Of a stretch of 64,000 nucleotides of DNA, positions 1 through 14,399 are shown piece by piece; positions within the stretch are counted from its first letter, which is position 1, and each line of letters starts with the position of its first letter. This stretch comes from Octopus sinensis (lineage: Eukaryota). The stretch is taken from assembly GCF_006345805.1 (NCBI RefSeq), contig NC_042997.1, positions 29,512,001 through 29,576,000 on the forward strand, read 5' to 3'. The position numbers were made by a program, and so were the translations under genes. The notes beneath the pieces are model-generated. The model worked only from the letters and a program-made list of their open reading frames with translations. It did no database searches and was not told the origin of the DNA.

Positions 1-346
1 ACAAAAAAAAAAGCAAACAAATAAGCAAACAAACCTTGCTTTTTATAAGGATAGAATTACACTGTTGCTGTTATTTTTATTCTCACCGCGGTATCCATTA
101 AATCAAATGAGACACTGGTGTCGATTACTTTTCAATTAAAACTGGCTTTCAATCTGCCCAATGTTAGCTCACATCGGTATTTCTCATTGAGAAAGGCTAA
201 AGAACAGATGTAATGTTTTTACGACTTTCACAATATGAGAGTTTTTCGCCACGGAAGCTGCAGTGAATTCGCATTTAGAAATTCAAATATGCTACAATCA
301 TATTTTAACGAATTTACATTTCATAAGTCTGTGTGTGTGTGTGTGG

Positions 347-384
<38 letters not shown>

Positions 385-489
385 GTGTGTGCGTGTGTGT
401 GTGTGTGTGAGCGCGCGTGTGCGTGTGTATGTACGCCTGCAAATATGTATCTTGCGCGTGGGAGGGTTAGTATATTTATTTCTTTAACT

Positions 490-710
490 ACCCACATGGG
501 GCTAAACACAGAGAGGACAAACAAGGACAGACAAACGGATTAAGTCGATTACATCGACCCCAGTGCGTAACTGGTACTTAATTTATCGACACCGAAAGGA
601 TGAAAGGCAAAGTCGACCTCGGCGGAATTTGAACTCAGAACGTAACGGCAGACGAAAAACGGCCACGCATTTCGCCCGGCGTGCTAACGTTTCTGCCAGC
701 TCGCCGCCTT
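490..710 (-). mobile_element. Octopus-type SINE family A
   Basis: ~220-bp copy (aaggcggcgagctggcagaaacgttagc...gccccatgtggg) nearly identical to 41545 and 48810. Confidence 0.85.
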
Positions 711-1168
711 GTGGGTTAGTATATTGGTGACTCACCGTATGCGTGCGTGTATTGGTTTTAGCATGTATTAGTACATAATTTGACTATTCATAGATGTGGA
801 AGTATGAAGAATACGTTTGCTTTTGCATAAAGCATAGACAATTAATTTCGGCCACCCAACTATTCTGCATCGCTTTCGATTATTTTACGGTTTATTCTAA
901 TGGAATTTTAAATAGAATTTTATCAGCAACGTTTATATTTTTATACAACGCATGTCGCTCAAATTAATTAGTTATTAAATCATGTACTCAGCAATTTTTC
1001 TCCAATGTATTTTCTTGTCATTGAATTTATCGGTGAGAAAATCAATTATTTTGCGTTCGGTAACGATTTAGTTAAAACAAAGTAATTTCCGTCAATTACA
1101 TTATGAAATTCCTCCCTCTCTATCTCATTCCCTCTCTCCGAATATCTAAATACCTGCTCTCTTCCCGC

Positions 1169-1209
<41 letters not shown>

Positions 1210-2094
1210 ATATATATATATATATATATACATACACGTATGTGTGTGTATTTATTTATGAATATATCCACGTATGTTACAGTCATCAAATAAGATTAAT
1301 AAATTTCATTTGGCTTCGATGTTCGGGGCTAAACTATTTTTCATAACTTCAAACAGCTGTATTACGAAATGTAGTTGAAAGAAAAGTAAATGATAAATGT
1401 TGAAGGAATAACATTTTCATTCTTTAATGTGCGACAAGCATTTCTCAGAATGTTTAGTGTGTGCGTTTTTATGTGTATTTAGTTTTGCCTACGCCGCTAT
1501 AAACCCAACTATTTGGGTATGTTCTTTAGCTTGTTTTGGTCTTATTATTACCTCCGCCTTCGCTAAGGCGGACGTATTGTTGTCAGTAGTGCTTGATTGT
1601 TTTCCCTTGGACAAGATATCTCAAGAACTACGATGTCTTATTATCTCCCTCGAAAGCATGCTCGTGGTTTCCACGTAAATTATGGCGGCATTGCTTTCAT
1701 TTTCATTTCTCTGTTATTAATTTTACTCGCGACTCTAACTTAATAGAAACTGATGGATAAAGAAATCAAACTACATAAACCAACGACAGCCACACCGTTC
1801 AGAAATAAAGTAACACTACCATATTTTTATAATATATGCATTATATATTATACATACTTATTAACAATTTACATTATACATACGTATATACGTGCATCTA
1901 TATATCGATCTAAAACAACAGAAATAGTTAAGGAAGGCCGGGATTTAAGAGCAGAAAAAACCAAAGGGTCTCATGCTATTCATTAAAACATTCCTGAGTA
2001 GAACTTATGATTATTACCTTCGCCTTTGAAAGTATTTTGAATGATGATTTTTTTTAACTTTGGCTTGTCTTAGATAAGGTTAAAAACAATTTAT

Positions 2095-2450
2095 TACTGT
2101 TACTAAATTTTCTACCATCACCTTCACATTCCATGACTACCATTGGGATCGATCAGGTACCGGACAAAGATTCTGGATTATTCTTCCGGTTATTTTTACT
2201 TGAATTTTGAGAGTGGTCGGGTTCATTTTTAGTATTCTCGTTTGTGAAAGAAGTTGAGTATATTTCAGATATTCTTATTTAAAAAAACATCTCCGGCTAA
2301 TTGTGTTCTAGTCGAGTCATTTGATTCTCTGTTGCATTTGATGTGTGTTCGATTTGTGTGAGTCTTCTTGTTGTTTAAATTGTTGAAGGACTACCGCACC
2401 TAATTGTTGTATTAGCGAATTGCTGGATTTCTTGTTACCTGAATGTTTAT
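2095..2450 (-). pseudogene. Possible N-terminal fragment of an R4/Dong-like ORF
   Basis: Frame-broken similarity to a KL..VRR.I..N...T.IE pattern; weak. Confidence 0.35.
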
Positions 2451-2465
2451 TTTTCTTCCCCATTT

Positions 2466-3713
2466 ATGGGTGTAGTTGTGGACAATATCGTTATGGAATG
2501 TCAACCATTTCCAGTAGGCAATTACGCTGCAGTGATTGGGAAGAATCTAACGGCAGATATACTGCAAGTAAGAGAAATTCAACTGAACGAAGCTAATTTT
2601 ATGAAGTACAATGAATTGTTAAGAAAGGAAGGAGACAGCCTGAGGCTGATGCTGCCTAAGGAAATCAAAAGTCTAACGACGTACTACGCCAGGGGTAAGA
2701 GATATGGCACAGTGTAGGGACGTTTCGCGAGTGAACAAGAAGCAATAAAATATTCCACTGTGCCTTTGAGATCAACTGAGTAGGTACTACTACCAACCTA
2801 CTGTGGCAAACGTGTGTCCAGAGTTAGGATTGCTAGAGTGCCCCCAGAAATTGACGAGGCGTGACTGGTGGCAGCCATCCTCTATAATACAAACAGGAAA
2901 CCAAATTACTTCAAGTCACAAGAACTACGGGGGTAAACTGCTGGGGATATGGCGTTGAGGTGTTGTTTCACATCAGTTTACCAGACCTCCACCAAAAAAA
3001 TTGCAGAGGGAATGGCGTTGTGGAGTACGGGGACTCATGAAAGCTAAGTGTCCCCAAAAACACGAAGGGGAGGGGATAAAGAAAGAACATCAAGAATTTT
3101 CAACCGTAGAATAGCAAAGTATGGAAGCACCGTATACAGGTATACAGTGTTGAAGAGGAAGGAGAGTAACGCGTAGTCATCACCAAAAAGTCCTAGAAAG
3201 AAAAGGAAAGGAAAGGAAGGGAAGACCGTGGAACAAGTGAAAGAGCAAAGAAAAAATGAAAGGCCAACAAAATAAGTGAAGGGGTCGAGGAGCGAAGACA
3301 GAAAGCTTTACCAACAATCAGCAAGGAGGAGAAAGTACAGAAGAAAAAGGAAGATAACAATAAAGAACGAGAGACATACAGAGATAAAAATACCAGCAAC
3401 AGTAGAAGAGATTGGTGAAGAAGATCAGAGAGAGACACCGAAAGGAAATCAAGTAAGAATTATGATACTATACACAAAAAGCGTAGAGATAGAAAAAAAG
3501 ATTGCGAAAATGAAGAACGTAATTAGAATTAAATTGCCATCCAACGAGATCAATGTAGGTTTGAAAGCTGTTCTGCTGGAAAGAGAGAGAGAGGTGGGAG
3601 AATGGTTAAAGGAATTGTTTGGTGAAAAGTTAGAAGTGGCACTGGTACGCTATTCTTTTGATGAATTGCCGCCGGTGGTGATATTCGAACATTTGATTAA
3701 ATACTTGGCGTAA
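2466..3713 (+). pseudogene. Decayed LINE ORF1-like segment (possibly L1/Tx1-like)
   Basis: ORFs 2466-2717 and 3276-3713, the remnant RVSRVRIARVPPEIDEA and a purine-rich basic stretch. Clade uncertain. Confidence 0.4.
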
Positions 3714-3984
3714 ATGAGGGAAGGTGAGGGAATATAAGAACTGAATGATTAGTGACCTTGTGTAAATTTTAAAAAAAGCGTGGAGTAAAAGGAAAACCAA
3801 CAGAAACGTTATATAAAAATATTAAAATGAAACCGCCTGCTTTTGGGTGGCAGGTAAGTCATTCCATCCACATTTTTCATTGTATCCATAATTTCAAACG
3901 ATATCTGTTTTTATGTACCCCATTATATTGTTTTGTATGTACTTGAATTGTCCCCTTTCTTTAAAAGCCATGTACTCAATAAAA

Positions 3985-5140
3985 GAAATTAGGATGTTGG
4001 TGTTGCCTTGGCGGAGGTTTGCGCTCTCTGAGTGCCCTTGTTTTTACTGTATTGAATGTGCTGTACGTAGGAAATGTGTAGTACCTTGCAGTGCTATTTT
4101 CTATGTTATATATATTCCTAAGCCCTTGTGCTTTGGCTATGTATTTGTCAGCAGGTTTTTTAACGATACTTATTATTATAAGGATTGTTTCTGTTTTCAG
4201 GATCCACATTCGAGTTATCTCCATCTCCAGATCATTTTATCCCGTGAGTTCCTCTGTTTCTTCGACATACATTGCCGCCTGTTATGGCTTATATGTTGAT
4301 TAGGAGGCACTTTTTTTCTTGATAATATCTGGCGTGTTAGCTTTCATTTGTCGATTTATGTGTAGTGGCATATCCAAGTGTATGGTTTCTTTGTCGTTTT
4401 CTTATAGCATTTTCTTCTGCTGTCATTTCATAGTACAGCCACAATTTCCAGTGTATATAGGTCCCAACACTACCGTGTCTGTGGAGTGTTTATATTGATC
4501 CTTAAAACTGAGCAGCCAGAATCATTACGATTTATTGTCTCTTCCCCTTCGCAAAACTTCATGATTTACTGATTATTTTGTTTCTTTTCTTCATTATACG
4601 TTTTTGTGGGGAAGCTTTGATTTTGTGGCGCATTAAAAATTCCTTCAGTCTCAACCACTGTTCGGATTTTACTTTGTCTATTTCTTTTTTTATTTAGCTT
4701 ATCCCAGTAGTTGCTAAGTAAAAACTTTTCTCATAGTTTTATCAAATATATTTTGTAGTTTCGGATTCATCTTCGATTTTGGTTGATTTACAGCTTTTGC
4801 AATTTCTTCTTTATCGTCATAGTTATCGGGTATTATGATCTATTTCCTGTATTTTTTCGGCTTTATCGATGACCGGAGGCGATTGTCCCTCTCTTGCACA
4901 TGGTTTGTGGCTATTTTCTTTGGTTCTGAGTAAGATATTTCTTTTGCCGATCAACCTACTCAAAATATATGTTTATAGTGTTTTGTTTATAGTGATTCAA
5001 ATATGTTGACTGAACAGTTCTATGGTGTAAATTTTATAGAAATTTTGCTGCTGTATAAAGGCTCTATCACCTTCAAATCGTTGTAATTTAATCCTTCTAC
5101 TTCAGATTTCTACGGCACATTCCCAGTCATTAACTGAGAC
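3985..5140 (-). pseudogene. Decayed R4/Dong-like non-LTR retrotransposon 3' part (restriction-like endonuclease)
   Basis: Remnants of ETEG.F.A, YIHW, D.PLHINRQMKANTPDI and DLEMEITRMWILKTETI. Confidence 0.7.
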
Positions 5141-5499
5141 AAATAGTGCTGTGTATTCGCAACCTACCTTGACCACTATCATGTAGTCAACCATGCTGTC
5201 GAATGCCTTTGGCACGACGACGAAAGCAGTGTCAAGATCAGATTCAGGACTTACGGCAGACGCTTGAAACTGCGAAGATTACAAGCCGATACCAAGTTGG
5301 AAGAGGATTCTAGGCGTTACTTCCTGTTTGCAGAAAACTGCACCCTCAAAGCCATCGCAGAGGACTAGCCCCAGCTGCTTTCTACACTGCCTGCATCAAC
5401 TTTCAGCGCGCAATTTGTACTCACGAAGCAGAGGTCATACACCAACTTGCACGCAGAAGCTTTATATGGAAAATCCTGTCACTGCCGAATGTGAAAATC

Positions 5500-6150
5500 G
5501 GAAGGTTAATCAAAATCACGTACCTCTGCAGCACAATTTTCAGATCTGTGAACATTGAGGATGAAGGTGACAAACGCATTGACAAGGAGGTCTAGCTGTC
5601 AAGCGCCTACATGATTTAGTGTGAGAGAGGAAAAGCTTTATGTCGGCCACTAAGCTGTACGTAAAAGAACGCGTTTCACTGGTTATGCTACTGTATGCCT
5701 GCGAGATATTGACGGTTTACGAACCGCACACCAAAATGCTAAACCGATTCCACATGGACTACCTGAAAAAAGCCAATGAAAATCACCTGGCAAGGCAAGA
5801 CGGAGGTCTTCTCCAAAAATGAACGTCCAAGTATTTACACACTACTGTGGAGGGCGGACGTCAGGTGGGCAGGTAATCAATAGACTGTTCTACACTGAAC
5901 TGGTTGGATAAAAGCGCATAGAAAGTGGACTGAAAAAGTGTTAACCGGAAATACTAAAACAACGCTTAAGAGCTTTTAGTCAAATCCTCTCGACTGGAAA
6001 ATGTAAGAGCACCCTGCTTGGTGAAGCTGCACCAACATGGATGCCAATTACTATGAACAGAACAAGATTGCAAAGGCACAAAGAAGATGCAAACTGCGCA
6101 AGTGCAGAGTCAAATACTCGTCATCAATCGCAGCAGAAAATCAGTGCAAA
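5500..6150 (+). pseudogene. RTE (BovB-like) LINE RT C-terminal fragment
   Basis: TKLYV...VSLVMLLYACEILTVYEPHTKMLNRFH..YLKK, plus I.WQ and RWAG remnants. Confidence 0.75.
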
Positions 6151-6433
6151 ACATGGGTACAACATAATAATGTGTATGATATATATATATATGTATATAT
6201 AATTCAGCAATTACTAGCCGATATTCTTGTAGGGTTTTGTAATAAAGCCTGCTCATTCCATTTTCTCGTATTAAAATTTATTTGCTTAAACTGCACAGAT
6301 ATTCACGGATTTCTACATTCATATCCAATAGAAGGATAAGTCGTATTGTATGCGATCATCTAGTAGCCGATAACCAAAAAGGTGTTTCGAAGGCACGCTG
6401 CAAGTTTATAACCCAGATTATATCATATTGTGA

Positions 6434-6513
<80 letters not shown>

Positions 6514-6750
6514 GGAGGCGCAATGGCCCAGTGGTTAGGGCAGCGGACTCGCGGTCGTAGGATCGCGGTTTCGATTCTCAGACCGGGCGTTGTGAGTGTT
6601 AATTGAGTGAAAACACCTAAAGCCCCACGATGTTCCGGTAGGGGGTGGTACCGATCCCTGTTGTGGTCTTTCGCCACAACTTTCTCTCACTCTTTCTTCT
6701 GTTGGCCTGCTCGCTTAGCCAGCGGGGTGGCGTCATTCGAAGGCTAAAAC
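6514..6750 (+). mobile_element. tRNA-derived SINE family B
   Basis: Head with A box (tggcccagtggtta) and B-like box (ggtttcgattctc). The body is shared with 56353-56650. Confidence 0.8.
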
Positions 6751-7549
6751 ATACACCCGCCACACACGCACTCGGATCCTATATATGCGCTTGCACGCGT
6801 ACGTAGCAGGTACTAACATACATGCACTAATACATGCTTATATGCACACACAAACACACACACACACACACACACCTACACAACGAATATCGAACGATCA
6901 TACCTCCCCGAATGCATACATCTCGTTTATATGTATATATGCGTATGTGCATGTGTGTGTTTGTTTGTGTGTGTGCGTGTGTGTGTGCATGCGCACGCAC
7001 ATACACTTACTGGTTTTGTTTCTAGCACATCCAGACACACCACCAGCTTCTCGCCCAGCCACGTGGTCAAAGAAATTACGCTTCTAAAACGAAATGGTGT
7101 CAGCAACTGATATTTTTTCAGAACACCATGTAACGCATCTTGATAACTAGCAGTTCTGTCCTCAATCTTGGACTTCCTGTATCCCCTGTTCGGTTTATCT
7201 AAAAACATCTTAAGGATCTGTGGGACTCAAAGCCACAAAGAGCCATATCAAACTATAAAAAAAATAAAAACATGCATGTATACACACATATACACAGACA
7301 CACATATGGGTGGGTGTGCGCGTGCGCGCATTCGTGTGTGTGTGTGTATATGTGCGTAGTAATGGAGTAACAGTTACAGGTAACTCTCTCAACATAAAAC
7401 CGATGGAAACCATGAAACTAATTTTATATCTCACGAATATATAAACTGTTCGTCCATCAATGCGGTATTGAGTACTCATTCTAAATATTCAATATTAATG
7501 TAAGCATAGACACAGACACGCACACACGGGCGCGCATATACATATATAT

Positions 7550-7584
<35 letters not shown>

Positions 7585-7590
7585 ATATAT

Positions 7591-7632
<42 letters not shown>

Positions 7633-8363
7633 CACACACATATATTATATATACACATATATATAACATAAATGTATTCAGTTATATATATATACATATA
7701 ATATTTCAGCTTGAACATTAGTAATTCAGAAAGTGACAAAGTAAATTAATTAGAAAAATGAAATATTTATAATTTGTGTTTTTCAAAATTGTTCGATGTG
7801 TTAATAGATTTACAGGTGCGGTTTGTAATTTAATAAAGGATTCTCTTCCATATTTTACTAATATGTTTTCTTTACATTTTTAATTCCATAATTATTCCTT
7901 ATAAATCAAAACTAGAACAACTGAATTTGCAATCTTCAAATATAAAATAACAAATCAATCCAAACCTAAACAAATATATATTTATGAATTTTTAATGCGA
8001 ATTAAATATATCTATATAAAAAAACATGCCTGAACATATAATTGCCACAAATTTAACAAATTTCTGATAATTGTTTTCAAATATGTTCACGATGTAAATT
8101 TATGTTTCTGATAATCTGAATCACCGAGGCTCGAGACACACACACACAAGCATGCATGTGCGCGCGCACACAGTCTCGTACATACAAGCATATATGCTTA
8201 CATACTTACATACACATACATGTATGTATATGTGCAGGAGGGAGAAGGGCAGGATGTGTAACTCAGTACTTTGAGTGTATTTAAGTGTAGCATTTACAAA
8301 GTAACTACTCTTTTATATTATTCTTTTTATATTATAATAACAATGATAATAATAATATCAAAA

Positions 8364-8426
<63 letters not shown>

Positions 8427-8513
8427 TGACAACAAATGAATGAATGGAACCTCGATATTATGTAAATAGAGGGATTTATCTAAATTACAATGTGACAATT
8501 ACTTGGTTGCCGT

Positions 8514-8573
8514 AATAAAACTCAGAGTTTCGGCGTCGGAGCGGAATTTTGCTCCGGCATCTCGTCAGATATT
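8514..8573 (-). ncRNA. Type-I hammerhead-like motif
   Basis: aatat CTGACGA gatgccggagc-aaaattcc-gctccgacgcc GAAA ctctgag TT ttatt. The first pair of stem I is mismatched. Confidence 0.6.
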
Positions 8574-9208
8574 AAGACAAAAAAAAAATGCTATGAAAAA
8601 GAGTGTTAAATAAAGGGAAATTACTATGAAGATGACTGTTATTAAGACAAACTAAAGAGCTATGAGTATGTCTGTTAAATAAAGAGGAATTACCCGAATA
8701 AGGAGAAGGTAAAAATACTCGAAGGTAAACACACGCTCATAGAATCCGCTTATACGCGCATATACATACACATCCAAGTGCATGTGCATATATGTATATG
8801 CTCATTCACACTCCCGTGAACAACATACGTGCACACCCACACACACACATATATGTGTACATATATATGCATCCATACACATGTAAATATATACATACCT
8901 GAACACACGCATATACACACGTATATGTACCCATATGCGCACAATTATGTTCATATACACGTCTCTTTGTGCACATGCACAAATATGCAGGGTGAAAGGT
9001 AATGCACAGAAAAATATATAAAAATATATAAACACAATATAAATTTGTGATTTTGAGGGACCAAAACGTAACAAATATTTAGCCATATGTTGACATGATC
9101 CAAATGGTTCTGTTCTTGAATTTACAAATGTAGCGTGGCCTAAGCTGCTTTTCCAGATAGCTAATACATATCTATGTCTACATGAAGAAAATTTACCTTG
9201 TGTGCTAA

Positions 9209-9257
<49 letters not shown>

Positions 9258-9434
9258 ATAATAAATATTAGGGAATAAATCCAAATTTACAGGGAAAAAA
9301 TCAGATTTAGGATTAAATCCAATTTTATAGTAAAATATTATAAAATATTATTAGAGACAAAACCACTATTTTGCAAAACAAACAAGGAAAGACTTAATCA
9401 ATACATAAAATTTTAATAAATAGTCAAAAAACCG

Positions 9435-9477
9435 CCACTACAATTGTTTCTTGTCTTGATCGACAATCTTCAGGTGG
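9435..9477 (-). ncRNA. Minimal type-I hammerhead ribozyme motif (inverted partner of 13686-13728)
   Basis: Exact reverse complement of the 13686-13728 motif. Confidence 0.88.
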
Positions 9478-12400
9478 ACTTCCAATCTAAAATATCAATA
9501 TTTTAAAATATAAAAATAATAATTTTAAAATAATTAAAGTATGAACGAAAAAATATAAATATATAATCCATATATAACCTATATATAATCCATATATAAT
9601 CAATATATAAACAATATATAAACTAAAATAAACCTATCAACAATTAAATATAAAATATAAAATATAAAATATAAAATATAAAACAAAACAAAAAATAATA
9701 ATAATATAATAATAAACTATATATACACCCATACACATATACCTAATTATATATAACCATATCTAACTACATACACTAAATCACACTCCTATATATATAA
9801 CCCTATACATACACATAAAAACGTCTAGGCAACTATAAATAAATAAAATAGCTAAATACTTCAACACAATACTTATTCATACTCCCACACACACACACAT
9901 ACAACCCACATTCACGCTCTAGAAAACGGATATCACTTAAAATTATGAACGGAGAAATGGAATAAATGGAATTAAAAATTATATTCACTTGGTAAAACGA
10001 ACACTACTTAAAAATTATGAATGAAACAATGCAATAAAACAACAGACATCGCAAATAGACACACATTACTACGAATTCCTCAACAAACCTACCATGATAA
10101 ACCAAACCTCATAAAAACATATAATGATAAAATCTCCCTTTACTAAACTCTATAACATACCTATATAGCAATCCCCCTAACCTAAACATTCACACACAAA
10201 TACACAGACGTAAACCACACACCCACGACATATACAAATACCCACACCACTTACACATACCTATACATACATATAAACCTCAACATATACTCCAAAAACC
10301 CACTCAACCCCACACAGACAAATAAACACAAAATTATGAATGGATTCTTTTATAAAACTACCATAAGCTAAAACTCACAAAACATAAATGATAAAACCTC
10401 CCTTTACTAAACACTATAACATACTTATATAGCAATCCCTTTAACCTATACATTCACTCACAAATACACACACGTAAACCACACACCCATAACAAATACA
10501 AACACCCACCCCACTCACACACACCCACAAGTACATATAAGCCTCAACATATACACCAACAAATTACTTTACCAAGGAACTTAACATATGTATAAGAAGT
10601 ATAACCGCTCTGGAAACGAACATCTTTTAAAATAAGAATGGAGAAATGGAATAAATGGAATTAAAAATAATATACTCACGTGGCAAAACGAACACCACTC
10701 AAAAATTATGAATGAAACAATGTAAATAACAACCAACATCGAAAATAGACAAATTACCACGAATTCCCTAAAAAAAAACCATGATAAACCAAAACTCTTA
10801 AAAACATATAACGATAAAATCTCCTTTTTCTAAACTCTATAACAAACCTATATAGCAATCCCCCTAACCTAAACATTCACACACAAAAAACACACACGTA
10901 AACCACAGACCCACGACTTATACACATACCTATACTAACTTATAAACCTCAATATACACCAAAAACCCACTCCCTCCCCACACAGACAAATTAACACATA
11001 CATCCCAAAACCTAAATAACAAACCCATATACACATTCACACACAAACACACACACACGCAAAACACACACACACACAACAGATACATATACTCCCTCAC
11101 ATATACGCATATACATACTCACTAAACTCGATATATACAACAATAATTACACACCCCACCACTCATACAGATAAATAAATTATACAACTAAAAACTCACA
11201 CACAATCTCATATACATAAACACTCCAATAAAAAACAACATTAAATACATCGTAATTAACCAGAATATCAAAAATAACAATATTACATAAGGAGAAATAA
11301 ATACATACTTACAAGTCAGTTTCAAATTATGAAGTGAAATTAAATTCTTAGCCGTTAAAAAAACCAAACCAAAATTACGTTACCATAGAAATATAACTTA
11401 TGTAAAAAAAGAATACGCGCCATGGAAAGTAAACGTCATTTAAAATTATGAATGGAGAAATAGAATAAATGGAACTAAAAACTATATCCACGTAGCAAAC
11501 CAACACTACTTAAAAAAAAATTATTATGAATGGATTCTTTAATAAAACTACCATAATAAATTATTATATACAATTATGAGCTTTAGCTCATTTAGCAGCT
11601 CTAACAAACAACTTGCAGTAACCCAATCTATTCTCGATGCCTGCCTTACTACTACACTATTCCATTCCCAATTCCAAGCAACGCTAGCCCACCACCGGTT
11701 ACAATTCCCAACTCCACCCATTCATTCACAATTTCAACGACGTTCAACTCCACAGCGCTACATATAAGCCTCAACATATACACCGGAGATTCGCTTTCAA
11801 TCCGTGCGGATGGGTGAGAGTATACATTGAGTGTAGTGATGGGGCTCCCATTACTATACACATTTGTACCTGTGTGGTAGTCTCCATGTGTATATTCACG
11901 CACGGGTATAAATGCAGGGGGTACACGCGCACGGCATGTACGTATACCCCCTCACATGTACATATGCATGCTAGTTGGGCTCTATATGTGCAACAATGTA
12001 ATCGCGCCCGCATACATGCATATGGGCGAGTTGCACAATCAAAATACGCACACGTGTGTGTGTGCGTTCCCTGGTTGTGCAATTCACCATCTGGGTGTGA
12101 GGGGGTGTAAGCGTATTGCTGTGTGGATGTCGAGCTTGATACGTATGTATATGAGTGTGTATTGGGGGGTGTACGTATATTATTGTGTGCATGTGCTTCA
12201 CGCACGTGCGTCCATGTAGGATGAATATATTGGATTGCTATGTGGGTGTAAATTGGGTATAGGGGGGAGTTTTGTCATTGTAATGGTGGTTTGTTGGTGA
12301 TTTTAATATGTTCTGTATATTTGGGTTAGTTATGTATTATTCTAGTGTGTATAATTGTATACATATGATTGGTGTGAGTGGGATTACACCCATTTTTGGG

Positions 12401-13685
12401 GATGTATGTGTTTATTTGTCCGTATAGGGCGGGAGTGGCCGTTTGGTGTATATGTTGAGGCTCACATAATTCCAGGTACGCGCGAATGAAGTGGGCACTT
12501 ATATTTGTTATGGGTGTGTATACTTTATATAACAGACAATACCCAAATAAAAACTGTCAATTCAACATACCAAATAAAAAACAAAAAACAAAGGGATCGT
12601 AAACATTCACACATACTACAAAACTCAATAAAAACACCACTAAATAACACCCATCAACATATAAATATATCCTCCAAAATACATATAACAAATGCATAAT
12701 AAAAATACATAATAAAATAAAAATAAAAATAAAAAAAATATATAAATAAAGAAAAAAAAAATCTAATATAAATTATTAAAGTTTTAACATACCATAAACT
12801 GTTATATTAATATACATTAAAAATGAACTAATTAAAACAAAGAAATATCAATAAAGACTAACTATAATAAAGCCTAGACTACATAACCAAAAAATATATT
12901 ATCTAAACTAATTTAAACTAAACTAAAGTAACCTAATAGGGAACTATTATTGCTATTTATCATGAAACTTATTATATAGGTAAAGTAACTTATGTCTGCA
13001 TTTTATTTTGCGCTCTTCACCAGTATTAAGTAAATTATCATTATATGTTTTTATGAGGTTTGGTTTATCATGGTAGGTTTGTTGAGGAATTCGTAGTAAT
13101 TTGTGTCTATTTGCGATGTCTGTTGTTTTATTGCATTGTTTCATTCATAATTTTTAAGTAGTGTTCGTTTTACCAAGTGAATATAATTTTTAATTCCATT
13201 TATTCCATTTCTCCGTTCATAATTTTAAGTGATGTCCGTTTTCTAGAGCGTGAATGTGGGTTGTATGTGTGTGTGTGTGGGAGTATGAATAAGTATTGTG
13301 TTGAAGTATTTAGCTATTTTATTTATTTATAGTTGCCTAGACGTTTTTATGTGTATGTATAGGGTTATATATATAGGGGTGTGATTTAGGGTATGTAGTT
13401 AGATATGGTTATATATAATTAGGTATATGTGTATGGGTGTATATATAGTTTATTATTATATTATTATTATTTTTTGTTTTGTTTTATATTTTATATTTTA
13501 TTTTATATTTTATATTTAATTGTTGGTAGGTTTATTTTAGTTTATATATTGTTTATATATTGATTATATATGGATTATATATAGGTTATATATGGATTAT
13601 ATATTTATATTTTTTCGTTCATACTTTAATTATTTTAAAATTATTATTTTTATATTTTAAAATATTGATATTTTAGATTGGAAGT

Positions 13686-13728
13686 CCACCTGAAGATTGT
13701 CGATCAAGACAAGAAACAATTGTAGTGG
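13686..13728 (+). ncRNA. Minimal type-I hammerhead ribozyme motif (intact core)
   Basis: ccac CTGAAGA ttgtc-gatcaa-gacaa GAAA caattg TA gtgg. It has a 4-bp stem I, a 5-bp stem II, a palindromic stem III (acaattgt) and a GUA triplet. Confidence 0.88.
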
Positions 13729-14399
13729 CGGTTTTTTTGACTATTTATTAAAATTTTATGTATTGATTAAGTCTTTCCTTGTTTGTTTTGCAAAATAGTG
13801 GTTTTGTCTCTAATAATATTTTATATATATATATATATATATATGTTTGTATAAATGGACTATTGCAAACTACTGCAAGTATATTATCAGTAGATAACAT
13901 ATTACTTAATCTCTTTCATGCATGTGTGCAATATCCCACAGTAGTTTTTATCTATAAGGATTTGTATTTTTCTAATCTCTACATGTTATCGTATACAATT
14001 TAATCAGATTAATATCCTTTATCATCGTTTTTTGGAATAAATACTACTATGGAATAACATCATACATATTCAACAAGGTATACATTAAGATACAAAAATG
14101 AGACTATCTTGGTATCTTCGTAGACATTCAAAGACTAAGGAAGAAATTAAAAGCAATAAAGTAACTGCACTGAATTTCATTATAATAGAATATATACATT
14201 TTAGACAAATTAAACATTTACATTAAGTATAAGTCGAGTTTCTCTAAATAGAATGGTAAATATGTAAAAATATTCACAGACAGAAAATGTAAATATGCTG
14301 GATTTTTTTTCTTCAAATGATTTTAATGTAAGTACATAAAATTTAAAACAAAAGATCGTAAACTAATTATACGGTTTCTGCTACTCTGGTGTTTTAGTA

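Larger units (their letters stand above)
9255..13823. mobile_element. Large fold-back PLE-like/pLTR-type element between (TA)n tracts, with internal partial tandem duplications
   Basis: 9340-10130 and 13036-13823 are near-identical inverted arms, each with a hammerhead motif. The block tggagaaatggaataaatgg recurs at ~9950, ~10640 and ~11450. Confidence 0.75.

Noticed and set aside
235-543. ORFs rich in VC/HT/YI/ER dipeptides (here and in most of the ORF track)
   Set aside because: They are translations of (GT)n, (TA)n and (GA)n microsatellites with no coding signature.
6514-6590. tRNA gene
   Set aside because: The tRNA-like head lacks a proper acceptor stem and continues into a repeated SINE body. 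The same applies to 48470-48545 and 50305-50355.
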